A DNA stretch of 63,637 nucleotides, counting the filler. It is 6 parts of 6 records of this genome, joined end to end, with 100 filler letters (N's around TTAATTAATTAA, not from the genome) between each part and the next. Parts side by side here need not be neighbours in the genome. Positions count along the whole stretch, not along the records: positions 1 to 19,740 come from SRR31156797_22445; 5 more parts are not named here. The stretch is one strand, 5' to 3'. Shown one piece after another: positions 9,514 through 19,840 of the stretch. A program made the position numbers and the translations under genes. The notes below the pieces were generated by a model. It worked only from the letters and a program-made list of their open reading frames with translations, was not told the DNA's origin and searched no databases. Numbering within the stretch: position 1 is the stretch's first letter; each line of letters starts with the position of its first letter.

Positions 9514-11421
9514 ATGAGAAAAAAACAATTACTTATTGTGATGGGATTGCTATTGTCTAATTTTTTAATTGGTCAATCAGGAGCAATCAAAGGTACTGTA
9601 AAAGATACCGAAGGAAATGGTGTCCCTTTTGCTAATATTATTTTATCGCAAAATGGATATCAGGTGGCTGGAACCACTACAAATTTTGATGGGAATTATA
9701 TATTAAAACCGGTTCCGGTTGGAAAGTTTGATTTGACCTGTGCTTCTGTAGGTTATCAGAAAAAGATAATCAAAGGTATAATTGTAAGTGCCGACAAAAC
9801 CCGATTTCTTGATATTGAAATGTCTGAAACCAGCATTAAACTTGACGAAATCGAAGTAGTTGAATACAAAGTTCCACTTATTAGTAAAGATCAAACTTGC
9901 TCTGGTGGAACAATTACAATGTCGACCCGTCGAGTTAGAGGTGCTAGAAGTAACTCGTCTACGGTGGGTGGAGTATACCAAAAAAATGTTAATGTTAAAT
10001 CAAATAGAGCAGAAGCAAGGGGTGAGAAATATGGGAAGTTTAAACCGAATAAATTCAATAAAGTTTCACGAGCTCCTGTGTCAACCTTTTCAATTGATGT
10101 GGATGCTGCTTCATATAGTAATGTGCGTCGTTTTTTAAATGGTGGTCATTTACCACCTGTTGATGCAGTGAGAGTAGAGGAAATGATAAATTATTTTAAG
10201 TACGATTATCCTCAGCCAGGGGATGAGTACCCTTTTTCAATTAATACTGAGATAGGCAAATGTCCTTGGGATTCTGATAATTTGTTATTGCACATTGGCT
10301 TGCAAGGGAAAGAAATTGAAACTTCTGAATTGCCTCCATCAAACCTGGTGTTTCTGATAGACGTTTCAGGCTCAATGAGCTGGGATGATAAACTACCCCT
10401 TGTAAAGAAAGCATTTCGTATGCTTGTGAAAAAGTTACGTCCACAGGATCGAGTTGGAATAGTAGTATATGCAGGTAGTTCTGGTCTGGTTTTGAAGTCT
10501 ACAAAAGGTGATAAGAAAGCTGAAATCCTTGAGGCAATTGATTGTCTCGAAGCCGGTGGGTCAACTGCTGGGGGTGCCGGAATTAGATTAGCTTATAAGG
10601 TAGCTAAAAAGCATTATTTACCTAGAGGGAATAATAGAGTTATACTTGCTACTGATGGCGATTTTAATGTGGGTGTATCTAGCAATTCTGAACTAGAGAA
10701 GTTAATAGTAAGTAAACGAGATGAAGGGATTTTTCTTTCGGTGTTAGGATTTGGTACGGGAAATTATCAAGATGAAAAAATGGAAACTTTGGCTGATAAA
10801 GGAAATGGAAACTATTCATACATTGATAATTTAATGGAGGCACGAAAAGTTTTCGTCAATGAATTTGGTGGAACTTTATTTACAATTGCTAAGGATGTGA
10901 AAATTCAGATTGAATTTAACCCTCACTTTGTAAAGTCATATCGATTAGTAGGTTATGAAAACAGGTTGCTAAATAGAGAGGATTTTGATGATGATAAAAA
11001 AGATGCCGGAGAATTAGGGTCAGGTCATAGTGTAACTGCTTTATATGAAATTGTCCCAAATAGTAGTGCTGAAAAAATAGAAAATGATTTAAAATACCAA
11101 TCAAGTGAAGTAAACGAATTGGCTGTTAATAGTGGTGAAATAGGAACTGTTAAATTCAGATATAAAAAGCCAAAAGGTAAAGAGAGTAAATTAATTACTC
11201 AACCTATTAAAATGTCAAATTTTAGCATTGATGAACTTTCAGATAATTTTAAATTTTCTTCAGCTGTGGCAGGATTTGGGATGTACTTACGTAAATCTGA
11301 ATACTTGAAAAAAATGAAGCTGGATGATCTAATTCAAATTGCTTCTGGGTCAAGAGGAATTGATTCCGAAGGCTATCGCAGTGAATTTTTACAATTAATG
11401 AAACTTACCAAAGACTTATAA
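9514..11421 (+). CDS. Secreted YfbK-like vWA protein with N-terminal carboxypeptidase-regulatory-like domain
   Basis: Signal peptide; IKGTVKDTEGNGVPFANI; STFSIDVDAASY; MIDAS motif DVSGSM; LATDGDFNVG; DAGELGSGH. Confidence 0.9.
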   Translation: MRKKQLLIVMGLLLSNFLIGQSGAIKGTVKDTEGNGVPFANIILSQNGYQVAGTTTNFDGNYILKPVPVGKFDLTCASVGYQKKIIKGIIVSADKTRFLDIEMSETSIKLDEIEVVEYKVPLISKDQTCSGGTITMSTRRVRGARSNSSTVGGVYQKNVNVKSNRAEARGEKYGKFKPNKFNKVSRAPVSTFSIDVDAASYSNVRRFLNGGHLPPVDAVRVEEMINYFKYDYPQPGDEYPFSINTEIGKCPWDSDNLLLHIGLQGKEIETSELPPSNLVFLIDVSGSMSWDDKLPLVKKAFRMLVKKLRPQDRVGIVVYAGSSGLVLKSTKGDKKAEILEAIDCLEAGGSTAGGAGIRLAYKVAKKHYLPRGNNRVILATDGDFNVGVSSNSELEKLIVSKRDEGIFLSVLGFGTGNYQDEKMETLADKGNGNYSYIDNLMEARKVFVNEFGGTLFTIAKDVKIQIEFNPHFVKSYRLVGYENRLLNREDFDDDKKDAGELGSGHSVTALYEIVPNSSAEKIENDLKYQSSEVNELAVNSGEIGTVKFRYKKPKGKESKLITQPIKMSNFSIDELSDNFKFSSAVAGFGMYLRKSEYLKKMKLDDLIQIASGSRGIDSEGYRSEFLQLMKLTKDL

Positions 11422-11455
11422 ACGAATTAAGATATGCTAAACATGGGTTTAGTGC

Positions 11456-11496
11456 TACAAATCCTTCGCTTTATTGAAGTGGGGGATTTGTTTTTA
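11456..11496. terminator. Probable bidirectional terminator
   Basis: aaatccttcgctt / aagtgggggattt stem between convergent genes. Confidence 0.5.
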
Positions 11497-13371
11497 TTTT
11501 TTCTGCTTTTCTAATTCTTCTTTGAGATCTGTTAATTCTAACCATCGCATTTCTTTTTCCTCCAGTGTGTTAAGAATTGATTGGTATTGTTCTGATTTCT
11601 CAGCAATAGAGGAAGCATCTGTATTGGGATTTTCGAGTTCAGTTTCAAGATCGGCTTTCTGTTGATTTAGCTTTTCTAATTCTTCATCAAGTGACTCAAG
11701 TTCTCGCTGCTCCTTATATGATAACTTTTGTTTTGCTTGTTTAGGTTTATCTTTTTTCTCTACAACTTTCTTTTCAATACTTTTATATTCTTTTTCTTCT
11801 TTTAGCTGAGCATCTCTTAATTGGGTATAATTACCCGGAAAATCTTTAATGACTCCATTTCCTTTGTATACAAATATGTGGTCTACTATCCGATCCATAA
11901 AGTACCTGTCGTGTGAAACAATAATTACGGTTCCTTGAAATGCTTCCAGATATTCTTCTAATACATTTAAGGTCATGATATCGAGGTCGTTGGTTGGCTC
12001 ATCAAGAATTAGGAAATTCGGATTTTTCATTAAAACAGTTAACAAATATAATCTTCGTTTTTCTCCACCACTTAACTTTTCTACGCGTTGATAATGCATT
12101 TCATTAGGAAATAGGAATTGATTTAAGAAACGCTCAACTGCTAATGTTTGTCCATTTCCTAAAATAACTACTTCAGCTACATCTCTTGCTACTTCAATGA
12201 CTAATTTTTGATCGTCAAATTGCAAACCGGTTTGCTCATAAAATGCCATTGATATGGTTTCACCCACTTCTAATTCTCCGTTGTCAGGCTTAATTTTATG
12301 TGTAATGATGTTTAGCAAAGTGGATTTTCCCGCTCCATTAGGGCCAACTATACCAACTTTTTCTCCTTTGAGAAAATTATATGAGAAGTCGTTAATTAGC
12401 TTAATCCCGTCATATTGTTTTGTTATGTGGTGCAAGTTCACTACTTTTTTTCCAAGTCGTTGTGATGCAGTTTTTATCTTCAATTCATCTTCCTGGTGGA
12501 TGCGTGAGGCTTCTTTTAGTTTATCAACACCATCCATTCGAAATTTTGCTTTTGTGCCGCGAGCTTTAGGCATTCTGTTTGCCCATTCTTGTTCTGTTTT
12601 TAGTTTGCTTTTAGCTTTTTCAGCTTGCATGCGCTGCGTTTCGATTCTTTCAACGCGTTTATCTAAAAAATAATCGAAGTTACCGGCATAGGTAAACATT
12701 TGCTTTTGGTCCAACTCAAGAATATGATTGCAAACCCGATCTAAAAAATATCGATCGTGAGTTACCATTAATAATGTGACCTGTGATTTTGATAAATATT
12801 GCTCCAACCATTCAATACTTTGTAGATCGAGATGGTTGGTTGGCTCATCCAGAATAACAAAATCAGGTTCATCGATAAAAGTAGTGGCAATAGCTAAACG
12901 TTTTCGTTCTCCTCCTGATAGTTCTTTTACAGGTTGATTTGTACGATGAAGGTCTAGATTTCCTAATAATTGTCGTAATCTGGAATCCATATCCCAGGCT
13001 TGCTGTGCGTCCATTGCTGTAATAGCATCATTAATAGCTTGCTCTTCGCCTGAGTCAAGTGCTTGCTGATATTTAGTAATAACATCTTTAAAAGGTTCGC
13101 ATTGTTCTAAAACGGCATCTATTACAGAAAGTTCTTCATTAAATTCAGGTTCTTGAGGCAAATAACGCATTCGTACATTTTTAGACATTACCACTTGGCC
13201 ACTATCGCAGGTTTCCAGCCCAGAAACCATTTTAAGTAGGGTGGTTTTGCCGGTTCCATTTTTTGCGATTAGAGCAGTTTTGTCACCCTTTTCAAGTGAA
13301 AACGATATATCCTCAAAAAGTACTCTTTCGCTAAATGACTTACCTACCTGTTCAACCTGAATATAACTCAT
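11494..13371 (-). CDS. ABC-F family ATPase (Uup-like)
   Basis: Two ABC cassettes (NGTGKTT, LSGGE, LDEPTNHLD; GPNGAGKST, LDEPTNDLD), no TM segments, C-terminal coiled coil. ATG 13371 preferred because the 5' extension overlaps a TAnnTTTG promoter at 13398-13391. Confidence 0.92.
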   Translation of the reverse strand: MSYIQVEQVGKSFSERVLFEDISFSLEKGDKTALIAKNGTGKTTLLKMVSGLETCDSGQVVMSKNVRMRYLPQEPEFNEELSVIDAVLEQCEPFKDVITKYQQALDSGEEQAINDAITAMDAQQAWDMDSRLRQLLGNLDLHRTNQPVKELSGGERKRLAIATTFIDEPDFVILDEPTNHLDLQSIEWLEQYLSKSQVTLLMVTHDRYFLDRVCNHILELDQKQMFTYAGNFDYFLDKRVERIETQRMQAEKAKSKLKTEQEWANRMPKARGTKAKFRMDGVDKLKEASRIHQEDELKIKTASQRLGKKVVNLHHITKQYDGIKLINDFSYNFLKGEKVGIVGPNGAGKSTLLNIITHKIKPDNGELEVGETISMAFYEQTGLQFDDQKLVIEVARDVAEVVILGNGQTLAVERFLNQFLFPNEMHYQRVEKLSGGEKRRLYLLTVLMKNPNFLILDEPTNDLDIMTLNVLEEYLEAFQGTVIIVSHDRYFMDRIVDHIFVYKGNGVIKDFPGNYTQLRDAQLKEEKEYKSIEKKVVEKKDKPKQAKQKLSYKEQRELESLDEELEKLNQQKADLETELENPNTDASSIAEKSEQYQSILNTLEEKEMRWLELTDLKEELEKQKK

Positions 13372-13451
13372 AATATCAATTTTGTGTGCACAAAAATACA
13401 CTCAAAAACGGATAATACAATTATTCTCTTGTTTGCAATGAATAGAGTTGA

Positions 13452-13829
13452 TTAAGGATTTTCAATACGATGGAGGATTTCCAGTGCAAGATCTATATCA
13501 ACAGGTTTGTAGATATATTCAGTTGCGCCATTTCTTTTGGCCATTTGAATGTCTTCTTGTTCAGTCTTAGCACTAATAATTATCACTGGAATATCTTTAG
13601 TCCTTGAGTTACTTCGAATTTCTTTTAAAACTTCAAATCCTGACTTTTTAGGCATCATTAAATCCAAAAATACTACATCTGGTATTTGTTTTTCTATTAA
13701 ATTTAATGCTTTTATGCCATCTTCAGCGACAACTACTTTGTAGCCATTTTCTTCTAAGAAGCTTTCCATTAAAAAGGTAGACGTTGATGAATCGTCAACT
13801 ACCAGTATATTTTTTAATTGCTTGGACAT
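13452..13829 (-). CDS. Single-domain response regulator
   Basis: LVVDD, LDLMMP (phospho-Asp), ISA, KP; start at 13829 (MSKQLK). Confidence 0.9.
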   Translation of the reverse strand: MSKQLKNILVVDDSSTSTFLMESFLEENGYKVVVAEDGIKALNLIEKQIPDVVFLDLMMPKKSGFEVLKEIRSNSRTKDIPVIIISAKTEQEDIQMAKRNGATEYIYKPVDIDLALEILHRIENP

Positions 13830-13990
13830 AATCACAAAATAACAAAAAAAAAAGTATTTAAAAATATAATTAACAAGTTTTGTTAAAAAGTGCAATGTTT
13901 GAATTACATTGGCATAAAAGGCGTTTGAGATCATGTTTTTTTATGATTTAGCCAAATTATACGTATTTTTAACCTTGTTTTAGGATTGGG

Positions 13991-14638
13991 ATGATTCTAT
14001 ATTTACCGTTTAAACTATTATATATGTTTGATACAATTTTTGAAGATCAAAAATCAATAACTTACAAAAAAGGAGAAACAATGTGCAAGCAAGGCACAAT
14101 TGCATCTCAGGTTTTATATGTTGAGGAAGGATATGCAAAAGTTTATATTGAACATAAAGATAAGAACGTAATTTTAAGAGTTTTACGTCATGGTGATATA
14201 GTGGGATATGAAAATCTAAATTATGGTGAATACTATGAATACTCAGTTGCTGCAATATCTGATTGTAAAGTTAAAGCCGTTAGTTTTAAATTATTGAGTG
14301 ATAGAATCTCTGATAATCATAGCGTTAAAGACAAAATTATAGGTTACAGTAATTTTTGTATCGCAGGTTTTTTTAATAGATTTATTAGTCTGACGCAAAA
14401 GCAATTGCATGGCCGATTAGCAGATGCAATATTACACCTGGTTAATGATGTTTATAAAAGTGAGGAATTTGAATTACATTTGACGCGCAAAGACATCGCA
14501 GAATTTACAGGGATGTCTACTGAAAGCGCAATTCGAATCATGAAAGAGTTTCATAATGACAAGATTATAAATCTAGAAGGTAAGACACTTAAAGTAATAA
14601 GCATGAAATTACTTGAGAAGCTCAGCGATTTAGGATAA
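13991..14638 (+). CDS. Crp/Fnr-family transcriptional regulator
   Basis: cNMP-binding-like N-terminus and LTRKDIAEFTGMSTESAIR HTH; alternative start at 14024. Confidence 0.9.
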   Translation: MILYLPFKLLYMFDTIFEDQKSITYKKGETMCKQGTIASQVLYVEEGYAKVYIEHKDKNVILRVLRHGDIVGYENLNYGEYYEYSVAAISDCKVKAVSFKLLSDRISDNHSVKDKIIGYSNFCIAGFFNRFISLTQKQLHGRLADAILHLVNDVYKSEEFELHLTRKDIAEFTGMSTESAIRIMKEFHNDKIINLEGKTLKVISMKLLEKLSDLG

Positions 14639-14659
14639 TTGTGAACGATAGGATTTATT

Positions 14660-15280
14660 ATGAGTGATTTTGATGTATACCGAACAATAAAAAGTCCTTC
14701 AAAAGGCATATTTAAAGATCGGGGTAGTAAATTTTTCGCATTTGCTTATCCAATTGAAACAGAAGAAGAATTCAAAGAAAATTTGCAAACACTAAAAAAG
14801 GAATATCATGATGCACGTCATCATGTATATGCTTTTAGATTAGGTTCTGATAAAAAAACATATCGTGCAAGTGATGATGGGGAACCCTCTAACTCATCGG
14901 GGCCTCCTGTTTTAGGACAGATTCAATCATTTGACCTTACAAATGTGATGGTGGTGGTAGTCAGGTATTTTGGTGGAACAAAGTTAGGAGTACCCGGGTT
15001 GATAAATGCCTACAGAACAGCTGCAGCAGATGCTTTGGATCAAGCCAAAATTATTGAAAAGACAGAGCAAAAGATTGTTCGGATAAGTTTTGAATATCCT
15101 GACATGAATAATGTAATGAGAATAATTAAGGATCAAGATCTTAATATTGTAAATCAAGATTTTCAACTAAACTGTATTATTGACCTTTCTGTTCGTTTGA
15201 GAGATTTGGAACAGGTTTTAGAAAGAATCAACAAGTTAGAAAAGGTAACAGCAAAAACCCTTCAGGATGAAAACACTTAA
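14660..15280 (+). CDS. yigZ: YigZ/IMPACT family protein
   Basis: SKFFAFA, ARHHVYA, SDDGEP, VVRYFGGTKLGVPGL. Confidence 0.92.
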   Translation: MSDFDVYRTIKSPSKGIFKDRGSKFFAFAYPIETEEEFKENLQTLKKEYHDARHHVYAFRLGSDKKTYRASDDGEPSNSSGPPVLGQIQSFDLTNVMVVVVRYFGGTKLGVPGLINAYRTAAADALDQAKIIEKTEQKIVRISFEYPDMNNVMRIIKDQDLNIVNQDFQLNCIIDLSVRLRDLEQVLERINKLEKVTAKTLQDENT

Positions 15281-16175
15281 GCAACTTTGCGAAATACATG
15301 CCCCTTCAGGAGAGGAGTTTAGGGTAAGAGACTTTATTATTGATTATGTTGAAAATAACAGTAAATCATGGGCACAAAAGCCAGAACTTTATTATGGTGA
15401 TGATTACCAGGATTGCTTGTTGATGGTTTTTGGCGAGCCAAGTTGTGCAGTGATGTCACATATGGATAGTGTGGGTTTTACAGCAGGTTACAATAATGAA
15501 TTAATTCCAATTGGCAGCCCGGCAATTAATGAAGGCAGTGAAATAAGAGATGAGCAAGGAAATACGGTGAGTATTTATTATGATAATTCTGAGAAGAAAT
15601 GGGTATTAAAAAACGATGATGTTTTAGAACCTGGTTCTACCTGGACATGGAGACCAGGATTTCGAAAATCTTCCGACATAGTCGCAAGCCCATTTTTAGA
15701 TAATAGGCTGGGAATTTATACTATGCTTCAAATTGCGCCACAAATAAAAGATACTATAATTGCTTTTAGTACATATGAAGAAATGAATAATGCGGGAAAA
15801 GCAGGATTTCTAGCTCGGATAATGTATACAAAATGGAAAATTCAAAAAGTTTTAATTGCTGATATCACTTGGGTAACTCCTTATGTAAAAGCTGGGGAGG
15901 GTGTGGCCATTTCGTTGAGAGACGTTGGAATTCCTCGTAAAAAGTTTAGAGATTATATAGTTCAATTAGCCAAAGAATCAGGAATACCTTTTCAGTTAGA
16001 GATTGAAAAAGCTGGCGGTAGCGATGGAACTATAATTGGTGCTTCAGATTACCCCATTGACTGGATTTTTATTGGGGCGCCGGAAGAAAATCCCCATGGA
16101 CATATTGAAAAAGTACATTTGAATGATGTGCAAAGTATGATCGATATGTATAAGTATTTATGTGAAAAGCTGTAA
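15267..16175 (+). CDS. M42/M20-clan metallopeptidase
   Basis: APSGEE, SHMDSVG, LDNRLG, YEE, GGSDG, PH...E. Confidence 0.85.
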   Translation: MKTLKQLCEIHAPSGEEFRVRDFIIDYVENNSKSWAQKPELYYGDDYQDCLLMVFGEPSCAVMSHMDSVGFTAGYNNELIPIGSPAINEGSEIRDEQGNTVSIYYDNSEKKWVLKNDDVLEPGSTWTWRPGFRKSSDIVASPFLDNRLGIYTMLQIAPQIKDTIIAFSTYEEMNNAGKAGFLARIMYTKWKIQKVLIADITWVTPYVKAGEGVAISLRDVGIPRKKFRDYIVQLAKESGIPFQLEIEKAGGSDGTIIGASDYPIDWIFIGAPEENPHGHIEKVHLNDVQSMIDMYKYLCEKL

Positions 16176-16257
16176 TTTTTTAACAAATTCATAACCTGCG
16201 AATATAGCACAACTCATTCTTTTTTAGTATTTTTCAAAGAACTAAATCAGGATTGCT

Positions 16258-19200
16258 ATGTTATTAAATACCCGTTGGAGGCTGATTAGCTTTCTCTTAT
16301 TAATTTTGATATTTTCTGGCAACAATATTCACGCCCAGAAAGGCTCCCCATACATTACTAATTTTTCTGAGTTTGATCAAGTTGATTATCGCATATGGGA
16401 TATCAATCAGTCAAATACAGGTGAGATGGTTTTTACCACTAAAAAAGGTCTAATTGCCTTTAATGGTTCGAAATGGAAGATACACGATTTGAAAACAACT
16501 CCGCTTGTAATTAAGCAAAATGTTAATAATGAACTTATTTTAACTACCCCAGGTGGATTTGGACAGGTTTTTCTGGATAGTTCAGGGTCATATGCATACC
16601 AAAGTTTGCTGAGGTTAGGTAACACTGAAATTTTTGGAGAAGTGGTTCGGTTTGGCAACAACTTGGCTTTTATCGGCGATTCTTCAATTTATACGATTGA
16701 TAAGAATAACACTGTTAAAGAAGTGGTAGCATCGGATTTTATTTATCCGGTTTCAGGTTCATTTTCGTTTGAAAATCATTTACATATTATTGCAAGAAAT
16801 AAGATGTATGTGCTAGAAAATGATTCACTTATATTTAAAAAAGGTTTGGTGTTTCCTTTAAACAATGATTATGTTTTTCATGTAGAAAGTAATGATGAGT
16901 TTGCTTATTTTGCGAATACTGACAGTAAGCTTTTTAAGTATGATGGTAAAAAAATCCGCAAAATTCAGATAAAAGATCAAAAATATTTAGATCAAACAAT
17001 TTTACAAGGTGGGGCCTTTCTTAATGACTCATTACTTGGACTCTCTACCATTAATGGAGGTGTGCTTATAATTAACATTGAAACAGGTAAAACAGCCTAT
17101 ACTGTAAATTATGCTACAGGATTACCTGATGATGAAGTATATGATATTTTTTCAAAAGGTGATAATTCACTTTGGATTGCGCATGCACAGGGTATTAGCA
17201 GAATTGATTTGAACTTACCAGTAAAAATGTTTAATCATTTTTCCGGTTTATATGGCAACCTTCAAAGCTTTGTCACATATAAAAATGAGATTTATGTAGG
17301 TACTAGTGATGGATTGTTTTATTTGAAAAAGATACAGGATTTTGCCACTAAAAAGGTAAAAGTGAAAGTAAAACCAAAAACACAACCAGCTAAAATTGAG
17401 GTAAAACCCGAAATAGATGAAGGAAATAATGAAAAGGAAGGGAAAAAGAAAAGGAGAGGACTTAGAAAATTCTTTAGCAAATTTGCTGATAAAGCGACTT
17501 CACCTTCTTCAGATCAGGAGCCCAAGAAATTGTTTGGCCGAAAATCAAATCAGTCAAATGATATTTATAGAACCAAGACAATCTATAAATTACTATCATC
17601 AAGGTATGGTTACGCGCAAATTGAGAAGATTAAAGGTAAATGTTTACACTTACTTGAGTTTAATGGCTTATTGATGGTTGGTTCAAACACTGGACTATAT
17701 GTGGTAAAGGATCATGAGGCAACCTGGCTCATACCCAATGCATATATCAATCAAATTGAGGTTTCTAAGTACCATAGAAACACATTGCTAATATCAGCAA
17801 ATAAAGGTTTGTATATAGCTAAACTTAAGGGTAATGAATGGGATATAAAACAACATTACAAAATAACTGATGAGGTTAATTCGTCTGCTGAATTGGATGA
17901 AAGCACAATCCTTCTCGGAGATTTTGGGCGCATAAGAGTATTACGTAATCTTTTCAGTAATGCAACAGTTGATTATTATGAACATCCAGATTTTCTGATG
18001 GAAAACATCAGGGTGAGAAAATTAGAGGACAAAATGCTACTTTTCTCTTCCTCTAATGTCTTTGAATTTCGGAATAATACCATAGGTTTATATGATAAGT
18101 TACTTCAGCAAAACAATATTGATTTTAGGATATTTATTGATCAATCTGATTATACATGGATCAATGAACAAGTTTGGCATTTTTATAAATCAGGACAAAA
18201 AGAGGAATTATTAGGTGCTCAGTACTTGTCAATTTTTGATAAAATTGAAAATATTATTGTTGATGCAAAGCAGAACTTATGGGTTATTGATAGACAAAAT
18301 AATTTATATAAAATCGATAGTCGCAATAAAGAACTTTTTGTTCCAGAATTAAGTTTGAATATTCTATCTATTGACAATAAACAGGCTGGCTTTATTGAAG
18401 CAAATGATATAGTGTTAAGCTACGGAAATAATGCAATTCAAATTGATGTATCTACTCCGTTTTACTTAAAACATAACGCGATTGAATATCAATTTCAGAT
18501 GGTTGGGTTAATGACAGAGTGGTCTGATTGGACCCAGGAGTCTAAAATACAATTTCCTTTTATTCCACCGGGTCAATTTGAGTTGAAAATTAAATCGCGA
18601 AGCATTATGGGTAATAAAAGCAATACGCTTAGTTTACTCATTACTGTTCAAAAACCTTTTACACAAACTACATTGTTTTATGTGCTGCTGTTTATAGCAA
18701 TAATTCTATTAGCTACAGTGGTGATTAGATTAAGAACCGCAAAACTCAAGCGTGACAAGAAAATTTTAGAGCAAAAGGTTCAGGAGCGTACTAAAACAAT
18801 AAGTGAGCAGAAAGAAGAGATTGAGGTCCAACGGGATAGTCTAGCAGAGCAAAATGAGGAAATACTGCAACAAAAAGAGGAAATTACTGCCCAACGCGAT
18901 GAAATTGAAACGCAAAAGAATCAAATTGAAGAGCAACATAGTGATATAAAGAAAAGCATCACTTATGCTAAAAGAATCCAAAGCGCTATTTTGCAAAAAG
19001 AAAGTACTATTAAAAGATGGCTTCCAGAATACTTTATATTCTGGAAACCCAGAGATATTGTAAGTGGTGATTTTTATTGGATCAATAAAATTGATAATAA
19101 GGTTGTTGTAATTGCCGCTGATTGCACCGGGCATGGTGTGCCAGGAGCTTTTATGAGTATGCTTGGTGTATCATTCTTAAATGAAATTACAGCACATAAG

Positions 19201-19701
19201 GAAAATATAGAGGCTCATATCATTTTAAATAAATTACGTGATTATGTGAAGACAACACTCTCACAAGAAGGAGCGGAGGGAGAATCAAAAGACGGTATGG
19301 ATATGTCATTAATGGTTTTTGATTTCGATAAGAATATGGCTGAATTTGCTGGAGCATTTAATGATATGTATATGATCAGGGATAATGAACTGATCGAAGT
19401 TAAGGCAGATAAAATGCCAGTAGGTATATATATGAAAGAGGCCGATTCTTTTACTAAGCATGAAATTTCATTACAAAAGGGAGACATGTTTTATATGTTT
19501 TCTGATGGTTTTCCAGACCAGTTTGGAGGAGAGAGGAACAGAAAATTTATGGTTAAACCATTTAAGCGTATGCTTTTAGAGATGCATACAATGTCTATGG
19601 AAGACCAGAAAGCTCGTTTGGAAAAAACGCTTAAAGATTGGATTGGAACTGAGTATCATCAGACTGATGATATAATTATAGTTGGGGTAAAGGTATCTTG
19701 A
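16258..19701 (+). CDS. Membrane sensor: periplasmic beta-propeller and YYY-like domain, TM, coiled coil, SpoIIE/PP2C phosphatase
   Basis: Signal peptide; propeller repeats; PRDIVSGDFY, ADCTGHGVPGA, DGMD, SDGFPDQFGG, TDDI. Confidence 0.9.
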   Translation: MLLNTRWRLISFLLLILIFSGNNIHAQKGSPYITNFSEFDQVDYRIWDINQSNTGEMVFTTKKGLIAFNGSKWKIHDLKTTPLVIKQNVNNELILTTPGGFGQVFLDSSGSYAYQSLLRLGNTEIFGEVVRFGNNLAFIGDSSIYTIDKNNTVKEVVASDFIYPVSGSFSFENHLHIIARNKMYVLENDSLIFKKGLVFPLNNDYVFHVESNDEFAYFANTDSKLFKYDGKKIRKIQIKDQKYLDQTILQGGAFLNDSLLGLSTINGGVLIINIETGKTAYTVNYATGLPDDEVYDIFSKGDNSLWIAHAQGISRIDLNLPVKMFNHFSGLYGNLQSFVTYKNEIYVGTSDGLFYLKKIQDFATKKVKVKVKPKTQPAKIEVKPEIDEGNNEKEGKKKRRGLRKFFSKFADKATSPSSDQEPKKLFGRKSNQSNDIYRTKTIYKLLSSRYGYAQIEKIKGKCLHLLEFNGLLMVGSNTGLYVVKDHEATWLIPNAYINQIEVSKYHRNTLLISANKGLYIAKLKGNEWDIKQHYKITDEVNSSAELDESTILLGDFGRIRVLRNLFSNATVDYYEHPDFLMENIRVRKLEDKMLLFSSSNVFEFRNNTIGLYDKLLQQNNIDFRIFIDQSDYTWINEQVWHFYKSGQKEELLGAQYLSIFDKIENIIVDAKQNLWVIDRQNNLYKIDSRNKELFVPELSLNILSIDNKQAGFIEANDIVLSYGNNAIQIDVSTPFYLKHNAIEYQFQMVGLMTEWSDWTQESKIQFPFIPPGQFELKIKSRSIMGNKSNTLSLLITVQKPFTQTTLFYVLLFIAIILLATVVIRLRTAKLKRDKKILEQKVQERTKTISEQKEEIEVQRDSLAEQNEEILQQKEEITAQRDEIETQKNQIEEQHSDIKKSITYAKRIQSAILQKESTIKRWLPEYFIFWKPRDIVSGDFYWINKIDNKVVVIAADCTGHGVPGAFMSMLGVSFLNEITAHKENIEAHIILNKLRDYVKTTLSQEGAEGESKDGMDMSLMVFDFDKNMAEFAGAFNDMYMIRDNELIEVKADKMPVGIYMKEADSFTKHEISLQKGDMFYMFSDGFPDQFGGERNRKFMVKPFKRMLLEMHTMSMEDQKARLEKTLKDWIGTEYHQTDDIIIVGVKVS

Positions 19702-19740
19702 AAATGAGATAAAAAGAGGCTGTCTCAAAAGTAAGAACGA

Positions 19741-19840
19741 NNNNNNNNNNNNNNNNNNNNNNNNNNNNNNNNNNNNNNNNNNNNTTAATTAATTAANNNN
19801 NNNNNNNNNNNNNNNNNNNNNNNNNNNNNNNNNNNNNNNN
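19741..19840. other. Artificial contig spacer
   Basis: 44 N + TTAATTAATTAA (stops in all six frames) + 44 N. Confidence 0.99.

Noticed and set aside
19711-19740. aaaagaggctgtctcaaaagt at the contig end as an IS terminus
   Set aside because: It resembles a repeat or terminator half common in Bacteroidota, but only about 30 nt are visible and there is no transposase.
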